Assembly (NCBI GenBank): GCA_963720265.1
Contig: CAVRET010000002.1
Coordinates: 136,704-200,703, forward strand
Direction: 5' to 3'
DNA from: an uncultured bacterium
Lineage (GTDB): Bacteria > Patescibacteriota > Saccharimonadia > UBA4664
Length of the DNA: 64,000 nt
This document shows, in pieces, positions 1 to 9,709 of the stretch. The translations under genes were made by a program, and so were the position numbers. Below the pieces are notes generated by a model. That model saw nothing but the letters and a program-made list of their open reading frames with translations. It did not search any database and had not been told where the DNA came from. Every line of letters starts with the position of its first letter. Positions within the stretch are counted from its first letter, which is position 1.

Positions 1-325
1 TGTAAGCTTTTGCAAGCTCTACAACATCTCGATATATAGGTTGAAGACCTGGATGTTTCACCCGATATTCCCCGTTGAGCTGCTTGCATACGAGCTCTGA
101 GTCCATAAACGAATGTACACGTTGAGGCTGATATTTCTGTATGGCCTGAAGGGCTAACTTCACCGCCGTCCATTCAGCAACATTGTTGGTGCCGATACCC
201 AAATACTGGCCAAAATGCTCGATAACTGTGTCATCCATTGTCAAAATAACAACACCTGAAGCACTGGGCCCAGGATTCCCCCTCGATCCCCCATCTGTAA
301 AAAATTTTAGTTCATCAATTTGCAT
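1..325 (-). CDS. rnhA: Ribonuclease HI family protein (3' end runs off window)
   Basis: Manual translation: MQIDELKFFTDGGSRGNPGPSASG...GIGTNNVAEW...DSELVCKQLNGEYRVK, the RNase HI motifs. Confidence 0.9.
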   Translation of the reverse strand, partial: MQIDELKFFTDGGSRGNPGPSASGVVILTMDDTVIEHFGQYLGIGTNNVAEWTAVKLALQAIQKYQPQRVHSFMDSELVCKQLNGEYRVKHPGLQPIYRDVVELAKAY

Positions 326-337
326 CGCAAATAAACC

Positions 338-895
338 TCACCTTGGTACGCTCTGCAGATCGCGCACCGACATAACTTTACCCACACAGGTCAAAAAAAA
401 CCTGACCGCGCTCGACTGGCCCAGCTCCCTGCTGGTATCACAGCAATCTTGCAGTACAAATACCTTGTATCCGAGCTGAGCAGCCGTGACACCGGTTTCA
501 CGCACACAGCAGTCGGTCTGCTGTCCCGTCAGATAAAGCTCTCGGACACCCGAGTCCGCCAGCACCTCCTCGAGCCCACTTTTCCAAAAGGCGTCATAAC
601 CGCGCTTGTGCAGCACCAGCTCACCGTCCAAAGGCGCCAGCTCAGCGATGACATTGGTATCTTTGCCTCCTTCCATCGCTTGTGGACGATGACCAATCAC
701 GTCGAGAATCGGATCATCGAGCCAAAACGCACAGTTAACATAGATTACTGGGATATCCCGCTTCCTTGCCCATGCTATCGCATGCTGAATATTTTCTATC
801 AGCCGGGGCCGCTTCTCCACGCGCACCAACGGCGTCTCGCCATATATGTAGAGATCGATCATGTCGAGCACCAGCAATGCTTTATCTGTCTTCAT
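338..895 (-). CDS. Isochorismatase-like cysteine hydrolase
   Basis: ALLVLDM, K.GYDAF, GQQTDCCV (D-K-C triad). Confidence 0.88.
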   Translation of the reverse strand: MKTDKALLVLDMIDLYIYGETPLVRVEKRPRLIENIQHAIAWARKRDIPVIYVNCAFWLDDPILDVIGHRPQAMEGGKDTNVIAELAPLDGELVLHKRGYDAFWKSGLEEVLADSGVRELYLTGQQTDCCVRETGVTAAQLGYKVFVLQDCCDTSRELGQSSAVRFFLTCVGKVMSVRDLQSVPR

Positions 896-914
896 TCCTA
901 AACCAATGATTACC

Positions 915-990
915 TGGTCGGGGTGACAGGACTTGAACCTGCGACCTCACGGCCCCCAGCCGCACGCGCTACCAACTGCGCCACACCCCG
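915..990 (-). tRNA. tRNA-Pro(GGG)
   Basis: Cloverleaf CGGGGTG...; anticodon loop CTGGGGG; GGTTCAAGTCC; CCA end. Confidence 0.95.
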
Positions 991-996
991 AAATGT

Positions 997-1149
997 ACTC
1001 CGCACCACCGCCGGGCTTATCCAACTTTTCCCTGCGAATCGCAGGTGGGTGCCCTCAGTCACGCAGACCGCGGCCCCGGACAATCTTAGGCTCCCGTTGG
1101 TAATGGTACAGAGAAAAATTATGAGCCTTTAACGCGAGTGACGCAGAGT
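997..1149 (-). ncRNA. ssrS: 6S RNA (probable)
   Basis: Closing stem ACTCTGCGTCACT/GGTGGTGCGGAGT; internal GGGAGC and GAGGGCACCCACCTGC motifs resembling Firmicutes-type 6S RNA. Confidence 0.75.
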
Positions 1150-1160
1150 CAGACACTATT

Positions 1161-1790
1161 TTACGGCAAGGCAGCGCTTGGTACCAGTAATTGAACGATC
1201 GCTAGGACAATTTTACCCACAAACGGAGCTAAAAACTGGTAGCCGATGAGCATTACTGCCAGCAAAACGATAAATCCGGACTGCTCAATTCTGTCCATTA
1301 CGTCGCGTAGGGGCTCGGGTGCAACCGCGTACAGAAGCCTTGAGCCGTCCAGAGGCGGGAAAGGAATCATGTTAAACACGAATAAACTCACATTCACAAT
1401 AACCAATGCGCCCAAGAACAACGCAGCCACTGCATTGAACGGCACAATCCTAAACCATAGGGCAAAGAAAATTGCCAAAAACAGGTTGGTAAAGGGACCC
1501 GCCAGCGCCACCAAGGCCGCACCCCAGCGCCCGCCACGGACCGCCCAGGGATTAAATGGTACTGGCTTAGCCGCAGCAAATACCACCGGCGATCCAATTA
1601 GAATAAGCAACAGTGGTAGCGCTAGAGTTGCAAACGGATCGATGTGGGCCAAGGGGTTGAGGGTCAAACGCCCCTGATCCTTGGCAGTTGTATCGCCAAG
1701 ATAAAAGCCCATCAGCCCGTGAGCAAACTCGTGGAGTGTCAGTCCCAGCAGCAAAGCAATAAGTTGAGCAAAGATCTGCATACCCACCAT
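1161..1790 (-). CDS. Site-2 protease (M50 family)
   Basis: HEFAH and NMIPFPPLDG motifs, hydrophobic. Confidence 0.92.
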   Translation of the reverse strand: MVGMQIFAQLIALLLGLTLHEFAHGLMGFYLGDTTAKDQGRLTLNPLAHIDPFATLALPLLLILIGSPVVFAAAKPVPFNPWAVRGGRWGAALVALAGPFTNLFLAIFFALWFRIVPFNAVAALFLGALVIVNVSLFVFNMIPFPPLDGSRLLYAVAPEPLRDVMDRIEQSGFIVLLAVMLIGYQFLAPFVGKIVLAIVQLLVPSAALP

Positions 1791-1815
1791 TGTACATGAC
1801 GTTACGGTGAGGGCG

Positions 1816-1844
1816 TTGACTTATCAGATCATTTTCGCTAAACT
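1816..1844 (+). promoter_or_regulatory. Sigma70-type promoter for rpmB
   Basis: TTGACT-17 bp-TAAACT. Confidence 0.6.
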
Positions 1845-1871
1845 AGCCGAGTTATTTTAAGGATCACCGCC

Positions 1872-2111
1872 ATGGCATACGCGTGTGACATTACCGGCAA
1901 GGGCAAGCAATTCGGCAACTCTGTCCCGTTCTCTCAGAAAAAGACGCGCAAGGTCTGGAAGCCCAACCTACAGCCCAAGACAATCACGATTAACGGACAA
2001 AAAGTCCGGCTCAAGCTTGCTACTTCAACTATTCGTACGCTCAAAAAATGGGAGCGCGCTGAAACCGCAAAAAACGCCGCCGTAGATAATAAATCTGCGC
2101 CAAAGTCCTAG
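1872..2111 (+). CDS. rpmB: 50S ribosomal protein L28
   Basis: CDITGKGKQFGNSVPFSQKKTRKVWKPNLQ. Confidence 0.95.
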   Translation: MAYACDITGKGKQFGNSVPFSQKKTRKVWKPNLQPKTITINGQKVRLKLATSTIRTLKKWERAETAKNAAVDNKSAPKS

Positions 2112-2138
2112 ACCCAGCGACCAATCGAGTCCGAGGGT

Positions 2139-2759
2139 TTACGAACTTCCAGCCCTATTGAGCAGGATTACTTGCGTCTCAGAAGGCGCTTCTTTTGATG
2201 TCAGTCTAAATTTTGATTGTGCTTCAGGCGTTGAGCCCATTTCTTTCAAAAAAGGGTCGGCATTATCCTGTGGCACTGGGTACTCAGTAACACCGTCATC
2301 GTAATGCACAGGAATAACGTAACTGGGCTCAAGCTGAGTCACGAGCGCCGCAGCTCCTTCGGCATCAAGTGTCAGCCCATGCCCGCCCACGGGCACAACC
2401 AGCACATCAATCTGCCCGAGATTTTCAACCTGATCGTCGTCCAGCTTGCCTGACAAATTGCCGGTTACAACTACGTTCACGCCGTCAATCACAACGCTGA
2501 AGGCTGTCCCGCGATGGCCTCCTTCGTCAATGTGCAAACGCGCCGGCACGCCCACAATCGTGGCACCCCTAACCTCATACTCACCCGGAGTATCAAACAG
2601 CATGGCATCTGCCGGCCGACCAAAAGCCTCTTCACCGCCGGTCGCTGACCAAGTTACAACATCACCTTTTGTCTTAACCCCGACAATCGGGTCACACACG
2701 ACTTCAACGTCCCGTCCGACCAGGCGCACGCCACCCCCTCCAAGGTATGTAATATCCAC
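2139..2759 (-). CDS. MBL-fold hydrolase-like protein (metal ligands degenerate)
   Basis: PGEYEV, IDVLVVPVGG, VIPVHY. Confidence 0.75.
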   Translation of the reverse strand: MDITYLGGGGVRLVGRDVEVVCDPIVGVKTKGDVVTWSATGGEEAFGRPADAMLFDTPGEYEVRGATIVGVPARLHIDEGGHRGTAFSVVIDGVNVVVTGNLSGKLDDDQVENLGQIDVLVVPVGGHGLTLDAEGAAALVTQLEPSYVIPVHYDDGVTEYPVPQDNADPFLKEMGSTPEAQSKFRLTSKEAPSETQVILLNRAGSS

Positions 2760-3469
2760 TAGCGCCCCCGTCCTGGTCGCGGCATGAGCCGTACCGCTAC
2801 GGACTGAATTGGCTGTTGTCCGGCCAAATACTCACCAAAGCTGACGTCACTATGAGCCAGCGGCTTTTCCTGTCCATCAATAATCACGATTTTCTTTGCC
2901 TCAAGCACAGTTGTAATAAACCGATCGTTCAAGCTCAAACGATACTGATACTCCTCTGGAGACAACGCCGAATAATTCAGTTCGCGACCCATTTCCTTCT
3001 CCAAATCAGCCACTACTTTAGCCAAACGAGCTTTATTAATGTCGCCGACAACGAAAATATCAACGTTGGTACGATCATCGCGCGTAAATGTACCGGTCAA
3101 AAAAGCAAACGTTATGGACCCAGTGGACCGCAGTCGCTTAATAATCTTGTCCTCTTCTCGAGTCTCTTTCACCACCGGATCATGTGATTTAACGTGCATC
3201 GTTGTAAAAATTGCCCTGAGCTGCTCGTAATACTCGTATCTTGGGTTAACCTCGTAATATAGCCGGTTGTTTGAACCATCGGAACTAACAAGTCCGATCG
3301 AAAGTAAATTCGCCAGTTCCCGCCTAACCGAGTTGATCTGTTCATCAATCTTGCGAGTTATCTCACGGACATAAAATGGCCGACCGGGGTTGTTGAAGAA
3401 CAAGCTCAGTAGCTTAACACGAGTTTTCGATCCAAATAGTTGTTCGACCATAAAACCTCTCTCAGCCAC
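2759..3469 (-). CDS. Winged-helix regulator with nucleotidyltransferase-like C-terminal domain
   Basis: LFGSKTRVKLL...YVREITR...INSVRREL; G.F...D.D.F.VGD. Confidence 0.7.
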   Translation of the reverse strand: MAERGFMVEQLFGSKTRVKLLSLFFNNPGRPFYVREITRKIDEQINSVRRELANLLSIGLVSSDGSNNRLYYEVNPRYEYYEQLRAIFTTMHVKSHDPVVKETREEDKIIKRLRSTGSITFAFLTGTFTRDDRTNVDIFVVGDINKARLAKVVADLEKEMGRELNYSALSPEEYQYRLSLNDRFITTVLEAKKIVIIDGQEKPLAHSDVSFGEYLAGQQPIQSVAVRLMPRPGRGR

Positions 3470-3520
3470 ACATTCCGTCGCTAGGCAAAGTATACAAGAT
3501 GCCCACAGGTATGAAAAGCT

Positions 3521-4240
3521 CTATTGCGGCCTATTTACAGCCGTTTGTGCCGCCTCAAACTCAAGTGAATCATCGAGCGGCTCAAGCTCAGTAACCTTCC
3601 AACGCCGCTTGAGCGCTGCAAGTATCAAAAAATCCGCCAATTTCGGATTCTTAGGTAAAACCGGACCATGTAAGTAGGTTCCAATGGCATTCCGATACCT
3701 GGCGCCTTCAAGCCGGCTTTCACTATTGTTCCCAAAGCCTTTCCTGACCTTACCCAGCGGCTGCTGGCCGGATTCAAGCTCGGTCTGGCCAGAGTGGTTC
3801 TCGAACCCAACGAGTCTGCCAAACTCGCTTTCTATCGTAACGTTGCCGATCATTCGTTTAGTACTACCGGTTGTTGCAGCCCTAAATACCGAGATTCCTG
3901 GTATATCCTGCCCCTCCAACGTAGTGAAACCCCGGCCAAACAGCTGGTATAACCCGCAGACAACCAAGGCGGGCGCATCATCATCAATCAGCGCATTCAG
4001 ATGCTCGCCCCGTACTACTAGATCCGAACCAATCAAAAGTTGGCCAGAATCTTGACCACCGCCGCCAAAAATAATGTCAACCTCGTCCCAGTCGATTTTC
4101 CGCCCCAGCTCGACAGGTCTAACGAGGGCCTCGTAGCCACGCCATTCAATGCGCTTCTGAAGAGCAATGATGTTACCCAAATCGCCATAAATATTCATTT
4201 CGCCGGGATACAGATGGGCAATTACTAATCGTTTAGTCAT
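3521..4240 (-). CDS. gatD: Lipid II isoglutaminyl synthase glutaminase subunit (CobQ-like GATase)
   Basis: YGDLGN, GGGQD, VCGLYQL, GFENH, TYLHGP; overlaps murT stop/start. Confidence 0.9.
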   Translation of the reverse strand: MTKRLVIAHLYPGEMNIYGDLGNIIALQKRIEWRGYEALVRPVELGRKIDWDEVDIIFGGGGQDSGQLLIGSDLVVRGEHLNALIDDDAPALVVCGLYQLFGRGFTTLEGQDIPGISVFRAATTGSTKRMIGNVTIESEFGRLVGFENHSGQTELESGQQPLGKVRKGFGNNSESRLEGARYRNAIGTYLHGPVLPKNPKLADFLILAALKRRWKVTELEPLDDSLEFEAAQTAVNRPQ

Positions 4241-5613
4241 GAACCCATCTCCGGAATGTGTACTAATTTTGACAACAGTTTACGAACTTCCAGCATTGCC
4301 GTATAGGTTGGCAGTATATACAGTGACTCCCCCCTAGGAGTAAACTCAATAGCCCGATTCAGCGCTGGGCCAAGCTCCGACACCATTTCAGATTTAATAC
4401 CTGCGTAATGAAGCCTCAAACGCATGTCTGTCGCGCGCAAACCGCTCACAATAACATTTGGCTGTCCGCCGGCAAGCACCTCAATCGGCACATCCCAAAG
4501 CCAGCTGACATCGCGGCCATCGGCTGCCAGATCATTTATTGCGATTAGCACTCTTTGCTCTTTACTGCCAACAAGAAAAGTTTCTATAATTTGGCTAAAC
4601 CCAACTGGATTCTTAATGAGCAGCAAATAAATCAGGCGGCCTTTGTAGTCAATCCGCTCAACTCGGCCAAACGCTGGCGAAGTCTTGGTCAAAGTGCTAA
4701 CTGAATCGCTTAAACTAAATCCTAAGCCTTGGCTCAAGCTTAAGGCGGCCAGGGCGTTGTAAAGATTATAATTTCCCGGCAACGCCAAAGATACGCTATG
4801 ACGTTTACCGTCGATTGCTACAGTGAAATTAGTACCAAGATGATCCGACTTATCAACGGCAGTGACAACAACGCTCGGACGCGGCCGGGAAAAATGTCCC
4901 CGATTACAACGATAATGACCAAGGTGTGCATAAAACTGTCGGCTAAACGTCAGCTGCTCACCACAAATCGGGCAGCGATCCGAATCAACTACTGTATTGC
5001 CGGCATTCGCCCGGCTCACGGGCAAGCCCTCTATCCCAAAGTAGTGTACCGCTGCCGGATCGTGCGCATACTTCGCCAAACTCACAACCAAAGGGTCATC
5101 GGCGTTGAGGTAAACATCGCACTCAGTTGCAGAAATACCACGTCCTATCATCGCTGCCGTTGTATCAAGTTCACCATATCGGTCAAGCTGGTCCCGAAAC
5201 AGATTGAGTACCACAATAGCTCTCGGTTGCAATTCAGCCGCAACCTTTGGCAAACTTGCCTCATCAACCTCAAACAACGCCATGGTGTAGCCACGTAAAT
5301 GGCCCGACCAAGTTGTAGCTGAAACAAAGGCCGAGGTGATTCCCCGCTTGAGGTTTGAACCAGTATTATTGGTCAAGACCTCCTCGCCGCCGCGCTCAAA
5401 CATTGCGACAGCCATTTTGGTGGTTGTAGTCTTGCCATTTGTACCAGTAACCAAAACAATACCATGCGGTAATTTAGACCCATACTTAGCCGCCAAATGA
5501 GGATCGAGTCGGTCGGCCACCAACCCGGGAAGGGCCTGGCCACGACCGCGCCCAGTCAGTCGGCTGAGACCGGCGGCGGTCTTGCTGAAGGCAATTGTTA
5601 GACCAGCTTTCAT
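4237..5613 (-). CDS. murT: Lipid II isoglutaminyl synthase Mur-ligase subunit
   Basis: GTNGKTTT, EVDEA, NLFRDQLDRYGE, CPxC, KNP, DVSWLWD, TYTAML. Confidence 0.92.
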   Translation of the reverse strand: MKAGLTIAFSKTAAGLSRLTGRGRGQALPGLVADRLDPHLAAKYGSKLPHGIVLVTGTNGKTTTTKMAVAMFERGGEEVLTNNTGSNLKRGITSAFVSATTWSGHLRGYTMALFEVDEASLPKVAAELQPRAIVVLNLFRDQLDRYGELDTTAAMIGRGISATECDVYLNADDPLVVSLAKYAHDPAAVHYFGIEGLPVSRANAGNTVVDSDRCPICGEQLTFSRQFYAHLGHYRCNRGHFSRPRPSVVVTAVDKSDHLGTNFTVAIDGKRHSVSLALPGNYNLYNALAALSLSQGLGFSLSDSVSTLTKTSPAFGRVERIDYKGRLIYLLLIKNPVGFSQIIETFLVGSKEQRVLIAINDLAADGRDVSWLWDVPIEVLAGGQPNVIVSGLRATDMRLRLHYAGIKSEMVSELGPALNRAIEFTPRGESLYILPTYTAMLEVRKLLSKLVHIPEMGS

Positions 5614-5620
5614 ACGTTCA

Positions 5621-6550
5621 TTATAGCTGAGAACGTGCTAGAAAGCGTTTTGCAAGCTCATACGCCTGCCCGCCGCGTCCTTCCTCTGTATCTGCGTCGA
5701 GCCAAATGATATCAGGATTACGTTTAAACCAAGTTTGCTGACGTTTAACCAATTGCCTGGTGTGTAAGCAGATAAGATTGGCCGCTTCATCCAGACTAGT
5801 CTTACCCTGCAAATAATCTACTATTTCGATATAACCAGGGCTCTTAAGCGGCTCGATCTTGCTTCTATAGTGTTCCAACAGGCCGACGGTTTCGTCCACC
5901 AAGCCTTGTTGAATCATCATCCGCGTGCGCCGTTCAATTCTATTATTCAGCTCGGCCGATGGTACTCGTAATCCAAGCAGCAAGATATTACCCGGTAAGA
6001 CTGTCAGTTGCTGCCGCGGTTGACCCAAGGTTTCCAGCGCCCGGATGACCCTGCGTGGATTTTTCAAATCAATACTGCTAGCTCGCTCCGGATCCTCGCT
6101 CTCAAGCCGCGCTACCAGATTGGCTAACGGCTCGCTCTCCAACCGTACTCGTTCCGCAGTTCGGGGTCCGGCTGGAAAACTATAGTTGTAAATAACACTG
6201 TATAGATACAATCCAGTACCGCCTACCAACATCGGTATCCTTCCACGACTCCAGATCTGCTCGCAAGCCTCCTCAGCCAGAGTTTTAAACAATGCTGCAC
6301 TCATTGCCTCATCAGGATCAAGAATATCGAGCAAGTGATGTGGAATTTTTGATCTTTCAGCAACGGTTGGCTTAGCCGTGCCAATACTCATCTCTCGATA
6401 AACAGTCCGGGAATCGCAACAAACAACTTCACCGTTAAATCGCCGTGCAAGCTCAATGCCAAGCGCCGTCTTGCCTGAAGCTGTCGGTCCAACAAGAGCA
6501 ATAAGTTTTTGGTTAGAGTCGCGCATCGGTGCTAGTGTTGCGGCCACCAC
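5621..6550 (-). CDS. miaA: tRNA dimethylallyltransferase
   Basis: GPTASGKT, DSRTVY, GTAKPT, GGTGLY, KRQQTWF. Confidence 0.95.
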   Translation of the reverse strand: MVAATLAPMRDSNQKLIALVGPTASGKTALGIELARRFNGEVVCCDSRTVYREMSIGTAKPTVAERSKIPHHLLDILDPDEAMSAALFKTLAEEACEQIWSRGRIPMLVGGTGLYLYSVIYNYSFPAGPRTAERVRLESEPLANLVARLESEDPERASSIDLKNPRRVIRALETLGQPRQQLTVLPGNILLLGLRVPSAELNNRIERRTRMMIQQGLVDETVGLLEHYRSKIEPLKSPGYIEIVDYLQGKTSLDEAANLICLHTRQLVKRQQTWFKRNPDIIWLDADTEEGRGGQAYELAKRFLARSQL

Positions 6551-6846
6551 AACAATTTTTGTATATCAACATAGTAATCACTGCTTATTGCAACACCCTC
6601 AAACTCGAGTCGCCGCGCCTGTTCAGCGCGACCTCCATGAAATCCCGAAGCCAAGCCGCCGCTCTTATTAACAACTCGGTGCCAAGGCAAATCCTCCGGC
6701 CCATAATGTGCGATACCACCGACAATTCGAGCGGCTCGTGCATTGCCGCACAACGCCGCAAGCTGGCCATACGTCATCACCCGCCCGGGCGGAATCTCCG
6801 CCACATACCCATATACCATTTCCCGAAACTTCGAATCCGAATCCAC
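6532..6846 (-). CDS. Alkyltransferase-like (ATL) protein, MGMT family
   Basis: IPPGRVMTYGQLA...PWHRV (W replaces catalytic C); GTG start at 6846 chosen. Confidence 0.85.
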   Translation of the reverse strand: MDSDSKFREMVYGYVAEIPPGRVMTYGQLAALCGNARAARIVGGIAHYGPEDLPWHRVVNKSGGLASGFHGGRAEQARRLEFEGVAISSDYYVDIQKLLWWPQH

Positions 6847-6848
6847 GC

Positions 6849-7619
6849 CTAGACCTCCTGCCTGAGACGCCAGACACCGTCGACCCAACCATTCACCCCC
6901 GGATGAAATAACGTACGCTGATCCCAACTCTGCTCATGCAAATCCCCCTCCCATTGATTTATTTTGATGTCCCTTATGGACACCCCGTCGCCGGTCTCGT
7001 AAGCACTGTCAGCATAAATTATAGAATTTTCAGCGAGCTCAAGCACCAATCCGATGTGATCCGCACCACGCTTGTTCGTCATACCAATCATATCCCCTGG
7101 CTTTATTTGGCTCGCACGCCTTATCTCATCCACTAACCGACGATCGAGCAACCGCCGAACTCCAGTTCGGTAAACCGAATCAGTACCCCAGATCCTTGAG
7201 GCGTCTTGCAACGGCATGAACACCGGCAACGGGTACTTACCCCGGCTTCTGGCCAACTCCGGACGCCGGCGATTGCGCTCCTCAATCTCCGGCCGATCAA
7301 TAACGAGAAATTGGGCCAAACGCAAACCAGATTGCTGGAGCCATTGATCCAGCACATGGTAAACAAAGCCGGAGCAGTCAACGCCTAATCCCTGACTGGT
7401 CATGTAGTTCCTCACTTCAGCAGTACTGTTTGAAGGAACCTGGCCCAACTTCAAGTTGCGATTAACAATGTACTCAAGCTGCCCAGGAGTCGCCTTTCCC
7501 CGATACGGAGCATCAAGCCAAAATGGATCCTCAGCCGAATTAATCCAATATGGCGCCCAGACCTGCAGTTCACCTATTCGTAAGCGATATCGTTCTGCGA
7601 TTGAACGTAGGTTTTTCAT
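6849..7619 (-). CDS. NlpC/P60-like papain-fold protein
   Basis: Y.GK, GVDCSGFV, PGD....HIG. Confidence 0.6.
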   Translation of the reverse strand: MKNLRSIAERYRLRIGELQVWAPYWINSAEDPFWLDAPYRGKATPGQLEYIVNRNLKLGQVPSNSTAEVRNYMTSQGLGVDCSGFVYHVLDQWLQQSGLRLAQFLVIDRPEIEERNRRRPELARSRGKYPLPVFMPLQDASRIWGTDSVYRTGVRRLLDRRLVDEIRRASQIKPGDMIGMTNKRGADHIGLVLELAENSIIYADSAYETGDGVSIRDIKINQWEGDLHEQSWDQRTLFHPGVNGWVDGVWRLRQEV

Positions 7620-9482
7620 TTACATCAAACTTTTGAGTGAGCGCTCAGCGACTTCTTGTTTCAAGTTTGATGTAAATTTATCAACAGATATCTTTCCGGC
7701 AAACTCACTGTGCCCCTGGCGCAACCTTGGGCTAAACTCATCTGTTTTCAGCTCCTGCTCACCAATAACGATCGTGTAAGGCACTTTTGCCACGCCGGCT
7801 GCCCGAATCTTCTTACCCACACTCTCAACTGAGTTATCAATTGCCACCCGCAAACCGGCAGACTCCAATTTGCCTCGGACCTGGTTCGCATAATCTGACA
7901 ATTCAGCTGAGTCATTGACCGGCGCCAGTCTCACCTGCTCCGGCGCCAGCCAAAGCGGGAATGCTCCCATGGTCGACTCAATCACGAGCACCATAAACCG
8001 CTCAATCGAGCCCATAATGGCGGCGTGAACCATCACGATCCGCTCGCGTCCGCCGGCCTCATTAATGCATGTCAGGTCAAAGCCTTCCGGCTGGCCAAAA
8101 TCAATCTGAACCGTTCCGGCTTGAAACTCGCGGCCAATTGCATCGCGACCCATAAAATCAAGCTTCGGACCATAGAACGCTGATTCGCCGAGACCATCAA
8201 TATAATCAACGCCCTTGGCTTCAACCACATTTTTGAGCTGCTGCTCAGCATGTGCCCACATCGCAGGAGTACCGAGGTATTTGTCCATTTGCTCAGGGTC
8301 GTGCCGACTCAGGCGTACCTGCAACTCAATCCCGAAAGTCTTATTAAATGTCGTAATGATATCCCAGATCTTACTAACCTCACTCTCGACCTGACCGGCC
8401 CTGGCAAACACATGGGCATCGTCTTGCGTAATGGCCCGCACCCGCGACAAACCCGAGAGCTCGCCGGTTTGCTCATCCCGGTATGCCATCGTCGTCTCAC
8501 GGTAGCGAATGGGCAAATCACGATAACTACGGGGCTGGCTGGCATAAATCTGCGTGTGATGCGGACACTGCATCGGCTTCATTGCAAATTCATGACCTTC
8601 GCGAGTTTTAATTCTAAACAGCTGCTCGGAAAACTTTTTCCAATGCCCACTCTTTAAATAGAGATCCTTTTTCGTGATGTGAGGAACGGTCACCGCCTGG
8701 TAGCCACCACCAATGGTCTGGCGCAATTCCTGCACATATCTATCCAGCTCTTCACGAATTATCGTTCCGCGCGGCGTAAAGAGCGGCAAGCCCGCACCGA
8801 CCAAATCCGAGAACACAAAAAGATCGAGCTCTTTCCCCAGTTTGCGATGATCACGCATTTCGGCTTCAGCCAGCATCTCTAAGTAGTTATCTAATTCCTT
8901 TTTCGTTGTAAATCCTACACCGTAAATTCGCTGCAACTGCGGATTCTTTTCATCCCCTCGCCAGTAGGCGCCGGATACGCGCATTAATTTGAAGGCACCA
9001 ACCTCTCCTGTCGATGCCACATGCGGTCCGCGACACAAATCAGTAAAGGGTCCGTCGGTATAAATGCTAACTTCTTCGACTTGATTGCCTTCATTCAAGC
9101 CCAATTGCGAGCGATCGATATCTTTAGCTACAGTGGTTCCATACTTTTTTAGATCATTTAGTAGGTCAACCTTGTAGGTCTGGCCTTTGTCCGCGAAGAA
9201 TTTGATCGCATCATCAAGCTTCATCGTTGAGTGCTCGAACTTATAGTTAGCCTTAACAATTTCGGCCATCTTACTTTCAATCTTCGCCAAGTCATCATTG
9301 CCAAGGCTATGCAGCAAATCCACGTCGTAATAAAAGCCGTTCTCTGCCACTGGGCCGATCCCAAACTTGGCGGTTGGGTAAAGTTCCTGAATCGCAGTCG
9401 CCATAATGTGCGCCAGCGAATGCCTCATGGCAAACAATTCCTGCTCATTTTGTTCAGATTGTTGTTGTAATTTACTCATCAA
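7620..9482 (-). CDS. thrS: Threonyl-tRNA synthetase
   Basis: RHSLAH, DLCRGPH, RDHRKLG, KPMQCP, AFYGPK, HAAIMGSIERF. Confidence 0.97.
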   Translation of the reverse strand: MMSKLQQQSEQNEQELFAMRHSLAHIMATAIQELYPTAKFGIGPVAENGFYYDVDLLHSLGNDDLAKIESKMAEIVKANYKFEHSTMKLDDAIKFFADKGQTYKVDLLNDLKKYGTTVAKDIDRSQLGLNEGNQVEEVSIYTDGPFTDLCRGPHVASTGEVGAFKLMRVSGAYWRGDEKNPQLQRIYGVGFTTKKELDNYLEMLAEAEMRDHRKLGKELDLFVFSDLVGAGLPLFTPRGTIIREELDRYVQELRQTIGGGYQAVTVPHITKKDLYLKSGHWKKFSEQLFRIKTREGHEFAMKPMQCPHHTQIYASQPRSYRDLPIRYRETTMAYRDEQTGELSGLSRVRAITQDDAHVFARAGQVESEVSKIWDIITTFNKTFGIELQVRLSRHDPEQMDKYLGTPAMWAHAEQQLKNVVEAKGVDYIDGLGESAFYGPKLDFMGRDAIGREFQAGTVQIDFGQPEGFDLTCINEAGGRERIVMVHAAIMGSIERFMVLVIESTMGAFPLWLAPEQVRLAPVNDSAELSDYANQVRGKLESAGLRVAIDNSVESVGKKIRAAGVAKVPYTIVIGEQELKTDEFSPRLRQGHSEFAGKISVDKFTSNLKQEVAERSLKSLM

Positions 9483-9497
9483 ATCCTCTCTTCATTC

Positions 9498-9644
9498 AAA
9501 AAATAACGCGCTGTAGCGAAGCGCGTCTGGACCCATATTAGGGCGGTTCCACCAGACTTCCTGAATGGCTCAGGCTCTCATATTCGCCGATGTGCGCCAC
9601 CGGCAGCGGAGCTCACGGGTTGGTGAATCCCGGTCACAACTCTC
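9498..9644 (-). promoter_or_regulatory. T-box riboswitch (Thr, ACC specifier) with terminator
   Basis: Antiterminator GTCTGG-TGGAACC-GCCC-TAATAT-GGGT-CCAGAC (9557-9525); terminator ACGCGC..GCGCGT-ATTTTTT; short K-turn Stem I with ACC in apical loop. Confidence 0.85.
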
Positions 9645-9709
9645 TTTAATTATGACGATACTATCACGATTATTATGCATGCTCAAGGCTAGGTGGGTCG
9701 GCCACCCAC

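Noticed and set aside
9692-9709. GGTGGGTC match to the tRNA-Val(GAC) end as an att scar around 9710-10252
   Set aside because: It is one arm of a terminator-like hairpin (GGTGGGT...ACCCACC), only 8 bp, with no attP-like arm.
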